From Octopus vulgaris (lineage: Eukaryota): DNA of 64,000 bases. The notes under the pieces are model-generated. The model ran no database searches. It had not been told where the DNA came from and worked only from the letters and a program-made list of their open reading frames with translations. This document shows, piece by piece, positions 12,863-26,194 of the stretch; position 1 is the stretch's first letter; each line of letters opens with the position of its first letter. Position numbers and translations under genes: made by a program. The stretch is from positions 172,112,001 to 172,176,000 of the forward strand of contig OX597817.1 in NCBI GenBank assembly GCA_951406725.2, in the 5' to 3' direction.

Positions 12863-13588
12863 CCCACAGAAAGGGGCATATACAGTGAGGAGGGATTGAT
12901 TAAATGAAGGGAAATTGAGCGTTGATGATCGGTAATTTAGGCACAAGGCCAATAATTTTGATGGAAGATTGATTCAACCGACCTCAATATATGACTGGTA
13001 TTATATTCTGTTGACTCCTGAGTGACAAAAGACAAAGTTCACTTCGGTAAGATTCCATGTCAGAACGTAAAGAACCGGAATAAATGCAGTAAGTTATTCT
13101 TTTTCCCCGATGCTCCGATGATTCAGGCGATTCGCCGTCCTTGAAAATATGCAATGGTTGTGTCTAATCTGGGCAGATAGCCAACAATTAATGGTAAAGG
13201 GAGTCCTGTTAGAGGATACGATCCAGTTCTTGACTGCTGCATCATTCCACCTAACCCCGGAGAATGGAATGTAAAGGAGAGTTGCACCCGGTGAGATTCG
13301 AACTCAAATTGTTGCCGATTTTGGTAAAGGAACAAGCAATTTTGAGGAGAGTGGGGTTTAATCTTGTCCGAATCATCAACAACAGTACTTGAGTGGTTCT
13401 TTATTTTAATGATTCTAGAGTGAAGACAGACCAAGTTTGAATTAGGCGGGATTTCAACTCTGAACGCAAAGAATCGGAACAAACACCGCAAGGCATGTTT
13501 TCGACGCTCTGACAGTCCTGATAACTAAATAGATTGATGGACTAACGGACAGACTGAAAGACAGACAGATAGATGGATAGATAGATAT

Positions 13589-13651
<63 letters not shown>

Positions 13652-13920
13652 CAGACAGACAGAATGATAGAGAGATAGGTAGACAGACAGACAGACAGAT
13701 ATCACCTTAAGATGAACGGAGTAACATTTGTCTCTCTTTCAGGCACAAGACTAGTAATTTCGAAGGGAAGGGCTTAATCGACACCATCGTTCCATGTACT
13801 TGACTGGTACATTATTGCTTCGACCCCGGAGGGATAAAAAGCAAAGTTGACCTTGGCATGATTTGAACTCAAAACATATACCGCAGAAAATTTCCTCCGA
13901 CGCTGTAACGATTCTGCCTT
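12862..13920 (-). mobile_element. Three degenerate SINE family C copies (~12862-13125, 13330-13520, 13741-13920) with a GATA tract between
   Basis: Reverse-complement similarity to 57884-58090, e.g. CGACCCCGGAGGGATAAAAAGCAAAGTTGACCT. Confidence 0.65.
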
Positions 13921-14765
13921 TCTCCCCCCCCCCTGGAGTGAATGAAATAATACTCCTGTAGCTAAATAGCAGCTAAACGTGATGACCTTGACTCCTCTTA
14001 ACCATACAGTAATACTGGGTGGATGGTTTTGACATAAATACACGAGAGAGTGGCGGAGTGGGAAAGAGATGCATGCTTTTTTTAAATTTTGTGAAAACAC
14101 GACTGTGTTATAGTTCTCTCATTTTTATCGAGGTTTTTACATATTTCCGGTGGAGTTACGTGTAGTTTATAGTAAAGTTCCTATATCCACCATCATCAAC
14201 GTTTCACAGTCACGTCTTCAGAACGAAGTATAGTTAGCGTGTATTGCAGTGGGGTTTAGGCAAACATTTTCACCAGAATTTAAATTTTAAGCGTTGGATA
14301 TATCATCATTCACGTGTATATTTTCGGTTGCGGTCCGTGTGTACGCTGCTTTTGCGTTTATTTCCTAACCATGCCGTGTTATATACGTCCATGCATACAT
14401 ACATACACACATAAATACGTAGGTATACGCTCACATATACATACACACAGACATGTACATAATTTCATTAAGCAGTGGATCGACAATCGCTGGCACCAAC
14501 ATGTGACCCCCACCCCGCAACATGGTACATATATATATATATACGTACATATTCGCATACGTACATACACACTCAGACATGCACACACACACACACATAT
14601 ATATGCAACCATAGATAAATACATATATATACACATATATACACACATATACGCACATATGTTGCTGTTGTAGTTGTCAGCTATCATTCCATCGCTTGAT
14701 GAAAGTATACATACACATATACATACACACACTCACACACACACACATGCACACGTGCTCACGAC

Positions 14766-14844
<79 letters not shown>

Positions 14845-15703
14845 GGGAGAAAGAGAGAGAGAGAGAGGGAGAGATGTACAGATAGAGAGAGAGGGAAAGA
14901 CTTGAATAGATAGAGAGAGAGAGAGAGGAGAAAGAGAGAGAGAGGGAGAGACGTACAGATAGAGAGAGAGGGAAAGACTTGAATAGATAGAGAGAGAGAG
15001 AGGGAAAGAGTTGGATAGATAGATAGATAGATAGATAATAATGTGTTTATGTGTGCGTGTGCGTGTGTGCGTGCGTGTGCGTGTATATGCGAGAAGAGAA
15101 GAATAGAGAGAGAGAGAGAGAGATTGAGTTATTTGAGAAATGGAGAAGTACAACGTGTAAGGATAGCGTGGGGGGAAGGGGAAGGTGTTAGAAGAAGGCA
15201 AACGAGTGTGTGGGAGTGGGAGAGTAAAAGAGACGAGAACTTGTAATGGGAACGTTGCCAGCTGACAGACGCCTGATGCTACACGTGCCAGCTTGGAGGC
15301 AAGGTGAGAGAGTGTGCGTGAGTATGTGTGGATGGTGAGCGTGAGAGGGAGTAGGAGGGAACGATTAGGACAGACGTATAGAGGGATACAACGAGGGAGG
15401 GAGAGAGAGGTGGTGAAGGTAAAGGGTAGAGTGTGATAGGAGATAGGGATAGAGGGGAAAATGGAGTCTTTGCTGAAGGAAGGGGAGGGAGTGCGCGCGC
15501 TGCGGTGGAAAGTGGTAAGCGGTGCGGTGAGACGTAAGCGAGGCACGGACGAGGGCGCGTGCGTGCATCCGGGCGCGTGCGCTTAAGTGTGCGCACACGC
15601 ACGATCGGCGTCCATACGGTTCTGCGTGAAATAGACGTGCGCGCCCGCGCGTGCGTGTCTGTGAGCGTGTGCGTGTGCGTGTGTGCTTGCATGTGTTGTA
15701 CGC

Positions 15704-15743
<40 letters not shown>

Positions 15744-15966
15744 GTCTTTATATTTCGTTCTACGCTTCCGTTCGAATGTTTGTATACTTGAGAATGCTTG
15801 CACACAACGTACACATTCTCCTACACAAACACACACGTGCGCGCGCATACACACACACATACACACGAACACACGAACACACGACACACACACATACATA
15901 TATGTATGTATACTTGTATACATATACATACAAAGATATCTATCTATCTATCTATATATATATATA

Positions 15967-16339
15967 CTAGCAGTATCGCCCGGCGTTGCTCGGGTTTGTA
16001 AGGGAAATAACTATAAAGCATTTTTAGAGAGTTATAGCCAAAAAATAGTCAAAAAATGGGAAAAAAATTATGGTAAATTTTTTGAGAGTTAAAAAGGTCG
16101 AGTTGCGTCCCCTAGACAGTCTGTGGTTTGTGTTTCTGATTCTCGACCCCATGTCGAATTTATCGATTTTTTTCAGAACTGGGGGAACTTTTCAAAATTG
16201 TCGCTGCGTTAGTTTTGAATTATGACATTGGGCTATGTGTGTGTAAAGTTTCATCAGAATCGGTTGAAAGCCGTGGTCAGGGTGAGGGTACAACCAAACA
16301 GACACACAGACACACACACAGACAAACTGCCGTTTATAT

Positions 16340-16342
<3 letters not shown>
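15967..16342 (-). mobile_element. Non-autonomous Helitron
   Basis: Minus strand starts TC, ends CCCGAGCAACGCCGGG hairpin + CTGCTAG; inserted between A and T in (TA)n; no TSD. Confidence 0.82.
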
Positions 16343-16380
<38 letters not shown>

Positions 16381-16831
16381 CTTTTTTTTACTCTTTTACT
16401 TGTTTCAGTCATGTGACTGTGGCCATGCTGGAGCACCGCCTTTAGTCGAGCAAATCGACCCCAGGACCTATTCTTTGTAAGCCTAGTACTTATTATATCG
16501 GTCTCTTTGCCAAACCACTAAGTTACAGGGACGCAAACACACCAACATCGGCTGTCAAGCAATGTTGGGGTGGACAAACACAGACACGCACATATATACA
16601 TATGTACATACATATATACATATATACATACATATATACATATATACATACATATATACATATATACATACATATATACATATATACATACATATATACA
16701 TATATATGCATACATATATACGACGGGCTTCTTTCAGTTTCCGTCTACCAAATCCACTCACAAGGCTATGGTCGGCCCGGAGCTATAGCAGAAGACACTT
16801 GCCTAAGGTGCCACGCAGTGGGACTGAACCC
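16381..16831 (-). mobile_element. SINE family A with expanded internal TACA/TA tract
   Basis: Family A body. Confidence 0.9.
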
Positions 16832-16861
16832 ACATACCTATACAATCTATATACCATACGT

Positions 16862-17172
16862 GAAGGCGCGTGGCTAAGTGGTTAGGGTATTTGGTCCAAG
16901 AGCGTAAGGTCGTGATATCGAATCCCATCGGCAAATTGTATCCTTAAGCAAGAAACTATTTAACCTTCCTTCAATCCACTCAGCTGACAGGAATGAGTTG
17001 TACTTTTATTTCAAAGAGGCCAGCCTTGTCTCATTCTGTGAATCTCCATGGGAACTACTTTAATGGTATGCATGTCTGTGGAGTACTCAACCATTTCTTG
17101 CATATTAATTTCATGAGCAGGTTGTTCTGTTGACCGAATCAACTGGAACGTCGTCGTAACCGACGGAATGCC
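16862..17172 (+). mobile_element. SINE family B, diverged
   Basis: Head GGCGCGTGGCTAAGTGGTTAGGG; tail GTCGTCGTAACCGACGG shared with 62251-62636. Confidence 0.8.
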
Positions 17173-17698
17173 AGTTTTTAAATCTGTGTGTGTGTGTGTG
17201 TGTGTGTGCGTAAAAGTCCTTAGTTTAAACAGTTTAGACACCCGTCATCTCAAAGACATGTGCGCGCGCGTGTGTAGCACGTATCTAGATGTGCGTGCGT
17301 GAGGGTTGGAAGGAGATGTAACACGAATGGTTAAGAATTTCTCTTTGATATGTCAAGGTCACTGTTTCGATATCAGTGCATGACATAAGTGAGGCATATC
17401 TAAGGACTTTTACCGTAGCATCAGGCTGCACCAAGTATTGTCACTGAACAACATAGAGGTATACTAAATGACATATAAATGACATACGGGTATACCAAAT
17501 GATACATAACATAAATTCTTGATTTTATCAAAATTATCTCCATCTCTAGAGGCTGTATCGTAATTACCAGGTATCAGTTTAGATCGATTATTGGTAAGTT
17601 CGCCGCCATTAATTCATTGTAGGGGAGTTCACCGCCATCAGTTCACCGTGAAGAAAGTTCACTGCAAGGACGGTTTACCGAGAAAATATATCTATAGT

Positions 17699-18172
17699 AT
17701 TAATAAATCTCTGAACGTGATATAAACAGTAACCGCTCGACAACGTAAAGTGTACTAGCCATCTGAATGTGGCTAGCCACTGGGGTGGGGTGTTACTGAT
17801 GCTTTTAGCCCCAGGAGATCAACGTCACCAGCTGGCCTTAGACACAAAATTTCAGTGCCCTTGTGTTATTTGCAAAGGGAGGTCATCCTCCCTCGAAAAC
17901 CTAAGTGATACATACGGACTATAGTTTCAAGGTAATTGCCTCTCGTCAACGCATGGTAAACACCGGTTTTGACGAGAGGCAATTACCTTGAAACTATAGT
18001 CCGTATGTATCACTTAGGTTTTCGAGGAGGATGACCTCCCTTTGCAAATAACACAAGGGCATGAAATTTTGTGTCTAAGGCCAGCTGGTGACGTTGATCT
18101 CCTGGGGCTAAAAGCATCAGTAACACCCCACCCCAGTGGCTAGCCACATTCAGATGGCTAGTACACTTTACG
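17699..18172. mobile_element. Palindromic hammerhead-bearing element, family H2 (arms 17744-17949 / 17969-18172, 45-bp tail)
   Basis: Near-perfect inverted repeat; ATATCTATAGT duplicated at 17688-17698 and 18173-18183 (11-bp TSD). Confidence 0.88.
17911..17955 (-). ncRNA. Type-I hammerhead motif, C3U core (mirror copy lacking the stem I 5' strand at 17969-18007 +)
   Basis: CATGCG-TTGACGA-GAGG(CAATTA)CCTT-GAAACTATAGTC-CGTATG; palindromic helix III ACTATAGT, GUC site, 6-bp stem I. Confidence 0.8.
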
Positions 18173-18611
18173 ATATCTATAGTGTCTCGCTATTAATAGT
18201 TAAAATTTATTTTATTGAAATAATTTTTTAAATAAAACAGTGAATTGATGGCTGTGAACCTTCCCTAAGGTGAATTGATGACGGTGAACTAAACGGACAT
18301 GGTTAAGATCAGCTCCACTTGAGAAGGAAAGATAAAAACAAGCAATTCTCTGAAATGCCGTGATGGAAACGACCGGCCTATTGTCTGAAGATAAGAGATC
18401 ATTCGCAGAGACGTGTTTCTGGCTCAATTACGCGACCTTAGCCAAAAACTTGAGCTTATAGAAGAAAGGAGTGGAAAACGTTTGATGTTCAGGTAATTTG
18501 TAATGATGTAAACAAAAATGAGTAAAAAGAATAATCTCAAAGTGACGAGTAACATTTTTTGAATAACAGACTCGGTGTGTCAAGCACCATACAAAACAAA
18601 AGATTCGTTAG

Positions 18612-18773
18612 GGCGCAGGCGTGGCTGTGTGGTAAGAAGCTTGCTTCCCAACCACATGGTTCCGGGTTCAGTGCTACAGCATGATACCTTGGGCAAGTGT
18701 CTTCTGCTATAGCCTCGGGTCGACCAAAGCCTTGTGAGTGGGTTTGGTAGGCGGAAATTGAAAGAAGCCTGTC

Positions 18774-18828
<55 letters not shown>

Positions 18829-18836
18829 TGTGTGTG

Positions 18837-18879
<43 letters not shown>

Positions 18880-19104
18880 TTATATCTCTGTATTTGTTGC
18901 CTATCACCGCTTGACAACCGGTGTTGGTGTGATGATGTGTTTACGTTCCCGTAACGTAGTGGTTCGGCAAAAGAGATCAATAGAATAAGTACTAGTCTTA
19001 AAAAATACGTCCCGAGGTCGATTTGTTCGACTAAAATCCTTCACGGCAGCGCTCTAGCATGGCCGCAGTCAAATGACTGAAACAAATAAAAGAATACAAG
19101 AATA
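18612..19104 (+). mobile_element. SINE family A, full length
   Basis: GGCGCAGGCGTGGCTGTGTGG head to AAAAGAATA tail. Confidence 0.9.
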
Positions 19105-19376
19105 ATTATGCTAAAACTTCAACAGGATGTATCGTAATAACCAAACGGCAATTTACAGCAGCTCTACTTGCGAAGGGGAGACAATTGCAAGAAGCAATAA
19201 TTCTCCGAAGCCGATATGCCACTAAGGAAAAGATGAAGCTTATCCTCTGGAAATAATGGACAGCCGTGGCCACCGGTTTCTAGCTCGATGGCCGAAATCG
19301 ACACAACCACTTCCTTATTTCCACAGGACTTAGACTTATACAAAAAACGAGTAGAAGATATTTACGACTCGGGTAA

Positions 19377-19778
19377 TTTACTCTTTTACTCGTTTCAGTC
19401 ATGTGACTGTGGCCATGCTGGAGCACCGCCTTTAGTCGAGCAAATCGACCCCAGGACTTATTCTTTGTAAGCCTAGTACTTATTCTATCGGTCTCTTTTG
19501 CCGAACCGCTAAGTTACGGGGACGTAAACACACCAGCATGGGTTGTCAAGCAATGTTGGGGGGTGGGGACAAACACAAACACACACACATACATATATAC
19601 ATAAATACATATACATCTAAACGACGGACTTCTTTCAGTTTCCGTCTACCAAATCCATTCACAAGGCTTTGGTCGGCCCAAGGCTATAGTAGAAGACTCT
19701 TGCCCAAGGTGCCACGCAGTGGAACTGAACCTGGAACCATGTGGTTCGCAAGCTACTTACCACACAGCCATTCCTACG
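19377..19778 (-). mobile_element. SINE family A
   Basis: Family A body. Confidence 0.9.
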
Positions 19779-20069
19779 GTTATACTAACCACACAGCCAC
19801 ACCTACGCATAATTTGAACAAAAAATGAGCAAAGAGAAATAACTCAAAGTAGCCAGTGACTTGTATTAAGCCTGCTGATGGATCATATCCGTAATATTTA
19901 TGAACAGCCTTTGTCACATACTCATTGTATCGCACTGATACCGCTTAATATTTAAGGTGGTGGGCACGTCCGTTTGTAAAATATTCAGCCGCTCACTCAT
20001 TAATTCAATGAGCAAGTAACTTATTTGCTGGAGCAATAGATTACTTGTTGAAACCAAAGGATATAAAAT

Positions 20070-20252
20070 AGTGCTCCGCGATCGGTATGCCGTGGCACAC
20101 TAGTGTGTCACAGGGCGATGCTGGGCGTGCCGCAGTGTAACATGAATATAATTTTCTCCCCTATACTTTTAGTTATATTTTCAGTTCAGGTGTGCCGCCG
20201 AATTTTGAAAAGAATATAAGTGTACCACAAGTGAAAAAAGGTTGCGAAGAGA
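20070..20252. mobile_element. Degenerate hAT-like MITE
   Basis: Repeated GTGTGCCGC subterminal motifs; right end AAAAAGGTTGCGAA resembles hAT/Charlie termini. Confidence 0.4.
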
Positions 20253-20473
20253 AATATTCCTGTTTTATGTATAGCATATCAGTTTAAGATTGCAAGAAAA
20301 TATAGAAGACATAACAAGCATGGGTGTGTCGTAAAGAAGCCTGGTTTGCAACGGCGAGGTTTCTGGTTCAGCCCCACTGAACGACAACTTGGATGTCTTC
20401 CCTTGTAAATGAATTTGATAGACGGAAACTGTGTAGAAACCTGTGGATGTATGTGTACACACACATATATATA

Positions 20474-20550
<77 letters not shown>

Positions 20551-20760
20551 GGGAGAATTCACAAAAAAAAACAACAAAAGACGAAGACAGGCGGTGTAGA
20601 CAACAAACTGATGTATTAGTATAACGCTCGGGGAGTGAAAAAGTCTTTAACGTTTCGAGCCTACGCTCTTCTACAGAAAGGAACACAGAAAGAAACAAGG
20701 AGAGAAAATAAAGAGAGAAAATAGAGAAAATAAAGAATCTGCAGTGGCTAGCGATCTATC
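20551..20760 (-). mobile_element. Family H1 copy with hammerhead motif (20644-20681, core CUGUAGA)
   Basis: rc CCTTT-CTGTAGA-A-GAGCGTAGGCTC-GAAACGTT-AAAGAC; (TA)n at its 3' end. Confidence 0.7.
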
Positions 20761-20762
20761 AG

Positions 20763-20877
20763 ACATACATACATACATACATACATACATACATACATAC
20801 ATACATACATACATACATACATACATGCATGCATGCATACATACATACATACATACATACATACATACATACATACA

Positions 20878-20911
<34 letters not shown>

Positions 20912-21795
20912 CATACATACATACGTACATACATACATACATACATACATATATACATACATACGTACATACATACAAATGTACATATATACATACATAC
21001 ATACATACATGCATGCATGCATACATACATACATACATACATATATACATACATACATACATATATACATACATACATACATACATACATACATGCATGC
21101 ATGCATACATACCTACATACATACATACATACATACATACATACATGCATGCATGCATGCATACATACATACACACATACATACATACATACATACATAC
21201 ATACATACATGCATGCATACATACATACATACATACATACATACATACATACATACATACATACATACATGCATGCATGCATGCATACATACCTACATAC
21301 ATACATACATACATACATACATGCATGCATGCATACATACATACATACATACATACATACATACATACATACATACATACATACATACATACATACATAC
21401 ATACATACATACATACATACATACATACATACATGCATGCATACATACATTCATACATACATACACACACATACATACATACATACATACATACATACAT
21501 ACATACATGCATGCATACATACATACATACATACATACATACATACATACATACATACATACATGCATGCATACATACATACATACATACATACATACCT
21601 ACATACATACATACATACATACGTACATACATACATACATGCATGCATGCATGCATACATACATACATACATACATACATACATACATACATACATACAT
21701 ACATGCATGCATGCATACATGCATGCATACATGCATACATGCATACATACATACATACATACATACATACATACATACATACATACATACATACA

Positions 21796-21826
<31 letters not shown>
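20763..21826. repeat. (CATA)n microsatellite with CATG variants
   Basis: Direct reading. Confidence 0.97.
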
Positions 21827-21828
<2 letters not shown>

Positions 21829-21894
21829 GTGTGTGTGTGTGTGTGTTTGAAACCAGCTTGTCAAAAAATTGCTGGAAGCTGTTCAGTTTTGATT

Positions 21895-22272
21895 ATTTCA
21901 TTTTCATTTCATTTCATCTAGTTTCAGCTCACGAGCTATGACCATGCTGGAGCACCGCCATTTGGTGTTGCTACATAATTTTACTTCACGAATGCTTTTT
22001 AGCTATTGACATTTGGTGCATGAGAGAGTTTGATGCAGCTGCCCTCGTCTGCACCTCCAGCCGCGAAGTTGGTTCATCTGGGACACCTGACAGGAAGAGG
22101 TCCAGCTTTATTTTGAAGACACCTACATCCACCCCATGCAGGTCTCTCAGGTCCTTTGGGAGGATATTGAAGAGCTGTGGACCTCTGAAGCCCAGGCTAT
22201 TGCAGTATCTTGTCCTACATCTTGATGGCAAATTTGGAGTCATTGGCACTATGCAATGGCGCCCAGTTCTAG
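21895..22272 (-). mobile_element. 3' fragment of a CR1-like LINE whose tail matches SINE family A
   Basis: RYCNSLGFRGPQLFNILPK..FKIKLDLFLSGVPDEP C-terminus; 3' UTR GGCGGTGCTCCAGCATGG..AGCTCGTGAGCTGAAAC; (AAATG)n tail. Confidence 0.85.
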
Positions 22273-22729
22273 TATTATAGTATTATAGTATTATAGTCTA
22301 CAAAATATGGACGACCAGGAAGATTATAAAAGAAGTCTGTCACCTATATTTTAATGATTCAAACATTATCAACCATCGTCAATATCTTTTACGTAGAAAA
22401 AAAAAATAGTTAAAACTTAGGAAATATCTAAAGGTAAGATTATTTCAATTCGGTCCTTCGTTGCTGAACAGAATTATTGAAGTTTGTTACAAATAGCCAG
22501 TTCGTTGCAGACGACGAATCTCCCAGGCTCGTGTAATAAATATAACGAATGCCAAGTCCAAACATTAACAGGGTAATGTAAGCATGGAAAACGTGAGTGG
22601 GAGGGAAATGGGTGGGAAATTCAACAGAATGAGCTCCACCAAAGACACTTGATAAGAAGGTGTTAAACATTTACACAGAGCGTAAATGACTGAAACAAGG
22701 AAGAGACAAAACATATATGCGCACAAATA

Positions 22730-23882
22730 AGGGGTTGCTGAAAAGTAACTAGAAGAACCCCGGTCACAGAGGACAAAGCCAGATTTCAGCTAAAGAAAAA
22801 CCCGCGGCCACAGAGGACAAAGCCGGATTTTAGCTAAAGAAAAACCCACGGCCACAGAGGACAAAGCCAGATTTCAGCTAAAGAAAAACCCGCGGCCACA
22901 GAGGACAAAGCCGGATTTTAGCTAAAGAAAAACCCACGGCCACAGAGGACAAAGCCAGATTTCAGCTAAAGAAAAACCCGCGGCCACAGAGGACAAATCC
23001 AGATTTTAGCTAAAGAAAAACCCGCGGTCACAGAGGACAAAGCCAGATTTCAGCTAAAGTCACAGCTGAGACTGGAAATTTTCCGCGAAAGAGTTGGCAA
23101 CATCATCCACAATATTCTGGACATGAGAAAGCTTTCTGCAAAATGGATGCTGAAATGCTTGAACGCAGATCAGAAGCACATCAGTGTGATGACATCAAAG
23201 GCGATATTGTGCCGGTTTGCAGCGGGAGAGGCTGCTTTCATGGCTTGTTTAGTCCCTGTGGATGAAACTCGGCTTCATCATTATGATCCCCAGCAATCAA
23301 TGGAGTCGTGTCACAGTGGCTCACCGCGTCCCAAGAAATTTCAAACCTAGAAGTCAGCTGGAACGGTTCTGGATTCAGTGTTCTGGGATAAAGACAGAGA
23401 ACACCTCATAAAATACCTGCCAAAGGATCGCACCACCAACACGAAACACTACATGTCTCTGGTGGACGAACTGCATAAAGCTTTGAAGCAGAAACGCTGT
23501 AGAAAGCTGAGCCGTGGTCGCTGCTTTTGCAAGAAAATACACCGACAAATACAACACATGAACCTCTACGGAAAATGCGCGACTTTGGCCTCGAATTGGT
23601 AGACAACCCACCTTGCTCTCCTAAATTGGCCCCCTTCGACACACTCACCTCTTTCCACAGCTGAAGAAATATCACACAGGAAGGAAATTTCACTCTGATT
23701 CGGAAGTGATCGCTGATACAAGGCCTGAATGGAGGTTCAACCTTCCGAGTTCTTTTTACATGGCTCAAAAAAACTGAAGGACCGCTGCAATAAGTGTGTG
23801 AATCTGAGAGGAGGAGAATATGTTGAGTAAAATCATAATTAACTGATCTTTTACCCAAAACCAGGAACCTTTCAGCACTCAC
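22730..23882 (+). mobile_element. mariner transposon relic
   Basis: TIRs AGGGGTTGCTGAAAAGT / CCAGGAACCTTTCAGCACTC; MRKLSAKW, VDETRLHHYDP, SPRPKKF, VFWD motifs with stops and frameshifts. Confidence 0.88.
22758..23058. repeat. 44-bp minisatellite, ~6.9 units, inside the mariner
   Basis: CCCRCGGCCACAGAGGACAAAGCCRGATTTYAGCTAAAGAAAAA units starting 22801, 22845, 22889, 22933, 22977, 23021. Confidence 0.95.
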
Positions 23883-23884
23883 TC

Positions 23885-23931
<47 letters not shown>

Positions 23932-24097
23932 CGCGCGTGTGTGTTTATGTGTGTGTGTGTGTTATTTTGTAAATAGGGTACTGAGGGAAATGAAAACTAG
24001 TCGCTATCAAGGAAGAAATCTATATAAAATCCCTTGCATATCTGAGTGCCTGATAAATTGATTGCTTGTCCATGCGTTTAATACGTATGTGGCTTTA

Positions 24098-24272
24098 AGG
24101 CGGGTAGCTGGCAGAATCGTTATGGTGTCGGACAAAAATCCTTAGCGGTATTTCTTCCGACTTTACGTTGAGTTTAGATATCGCTGGGGTCGACTTTGCC
24201 TTTCATCCTTACGAGTTCGATAAAATAAGTGCCAGTTGAGCACTGAGGTCGATGTAATCGACTTAGTCCCCG
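24098..24272 (+). mobile_element. SINE family C
   Basis: AGGCGGGTAGCTGGCAGAATCGTTA head; GTCGACTTTGCCTTTCATCC..TCGATAAAATAAGT core. Confidence 0.8.
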
Positions 24273-24274
24273 CT

Positions 24275-25050
24275 GTATCGTTTCTAGATTCAGTTGTCAC
24301 TAGTTAAAGTCAGAAAACTACCCATCAGATTTAATCATTTTTAAGAGACAGCATTTCTACTGCTCTCGTATTTGTTTCTATAAAATTTGAAAGCGTACAT
24401 ACTGTTTACTTCCCGCTTTATTTTTCTCTTTCCAGCGCAAATCGATCCTTGAATATCTAGCAATATTAAACTGGCAATGAACCTTTCCGTCGTTATGAAA
24501 GTTGCCGTGGCGTATGTGTGAGGAAGAATGGCGGCTTAAGCCATCATGTTGTAAAAGCTTCAGAAGCTGAAAAATCTCTTCCAATCCCCTTTTTGATGAA
24601 AGCACCACATTTCATCATAATTCTAACTGGAGATATCCACAAAGCTATTCTTAAAGAGAGCCTATACAATAAGCCCACTCATGTCTACCCCTAAAAAAAA
24701 ATCTCTATTGAAGAAGCGATCCCTCAACAACAGAACCTTATGCACACCAGTCAGCGAATCCATTTGCAACACGATTATCGATATGCAAATTTACATTGTG
24801 TACAAGATACAATGTAGAAAATCCAACGAACGTTACACCGGCAAAAACGATTACCCAGCATACATTCGAATGAAGGAACATTTCTAAACAAGTACAGCAC
24901 TAATCAAAAGCATTTTCAACAAATGCTACAGAGAAATGGTCTTTGCAATCGCAAGCAGTGTCAGATATCATAATGGCAGTAAGCCGCGGGTCAGAGAAAC
25001 TATCCTGATTCGAAGATATTGACGAACTATTATCACCCAATACGAATTGA
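24275..25050 (+). pseudogene. Penelope-like element relic including GIY-YIG endonuclease
   Basis: VSFLDSVV, then IVYKIQCRKSNERYTGKNDYPAYIRMKEH (VY.I.C..C...YIG.T.R....R..EH pattern) at ~24790-24885. Confidence 0.72.
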
Positions 25051-25879
25051 AATGCTACCGACAACGACTTCTCCTTTCATTATTTCAAGGTTGATGAAAT
25101 AAGTTACCAGTTGAGTGGTGAGGTCGCTGGATCGATTTACTTCCACCGCTAAATTTGCTGGCCTCGTGCCAAAATTTAAAACCATTATAGTCAGTTCTAC
25201 CAGCCAGAGCGAATCAAAATACTTGGCCCCTAATTCTTCCTCAGAAACATGTTATAAAAGTCCATTTAAGTAGATTGTACTTGTAATTCAAATCGAAATT
25301 CCAATTTCCGCATTTGAATACGAATGAGGCCAACACAAATTTATTTAATGTCATTCATGGAACCAATATATCAAACTGATCGAACGTTCATACTATCTCT
25401 CTCTCTTTGTCTGTCTCTCTCTCTCTCCGTCTCTCTCTTTCAATTTTTAGATATTTTCCCTCCTCCACTCTCTCTCTTTGTATCTGTCTCCCTAACTTTA
25501 TTTCTCTATCCTGTTCTCTTAAAATCTTCGTAAAGGGATATTTTATCCGAAATATCAAGAGTATTAAATATTTTTAGGTAACAATTCAATCTCCTTCTTC
25601 TTATTGATATTTGAAAATTTCCAACTGCAGTAGACTCCTAACACACTCATACACATTGTACACACACACACATAGATACACACATACATGCATACATGCA
25701 TATATACATACATATATGAATGTATGTATGTATGTTTGTGTATATATATGTATATATATATATACATACATACAGATATATATACACATATACATATAAA
25801 TACATATATATATATATGATAATATATTATATTACATTATATTATTTATATATACATACACAAATACTTACACATATGC

Positions 25880-26042
25880 ATATGTGTGCATACATTTATG
25901 CATACATGTGTGTTTGTGTATGCATCTATGCATATGTGTATGTATATATGTATATATGCATGTATGTATGTATGTATGTATGTATGTATGTATGTATGTA
26001 TGTATGTATGTATGTATGTATGTATGTATGTGTGTATGTATG

Positions 26043-26076
<34 letters not shown>

Positions 26077-26162
26077 TGTATGTATGTATGTATGTATGTA
26101 TGTATGTATGTATGTATGTATGTATGTATGTATGTATGTATGTATGTATGTGTGTATGTATG

Positions 26163-26194
<32 letters not shown>

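Larger units (their letters stand above)
17590..18295. mobile_element. Old MITE-like element with AGTTCACCG subrepeats in inverted orientation, interrupted by the palindrome at 17699-18172
   Basis: AGTTCACCGCCATCAGTTCAC (left) vs GTGAATTGATGACGGTGAACT (right). Confidence 0.5.

Noticed and set aside
14677-15546. 289-aa minus-strand ORF
   Set aside because: Mostly CT/CTAT repeat translation, no recognisable domain
19875-19910. Hammerhead-like CTGATG-GATCATATCC-GTAA
   Set aside because: Both core boxes imperfect and no helix I/III pairing
22758-23058. CRISPR-like regular array
   Set aside because: Contiguous units with no unique spacers; eukaryotic context; derived from mariner sequence
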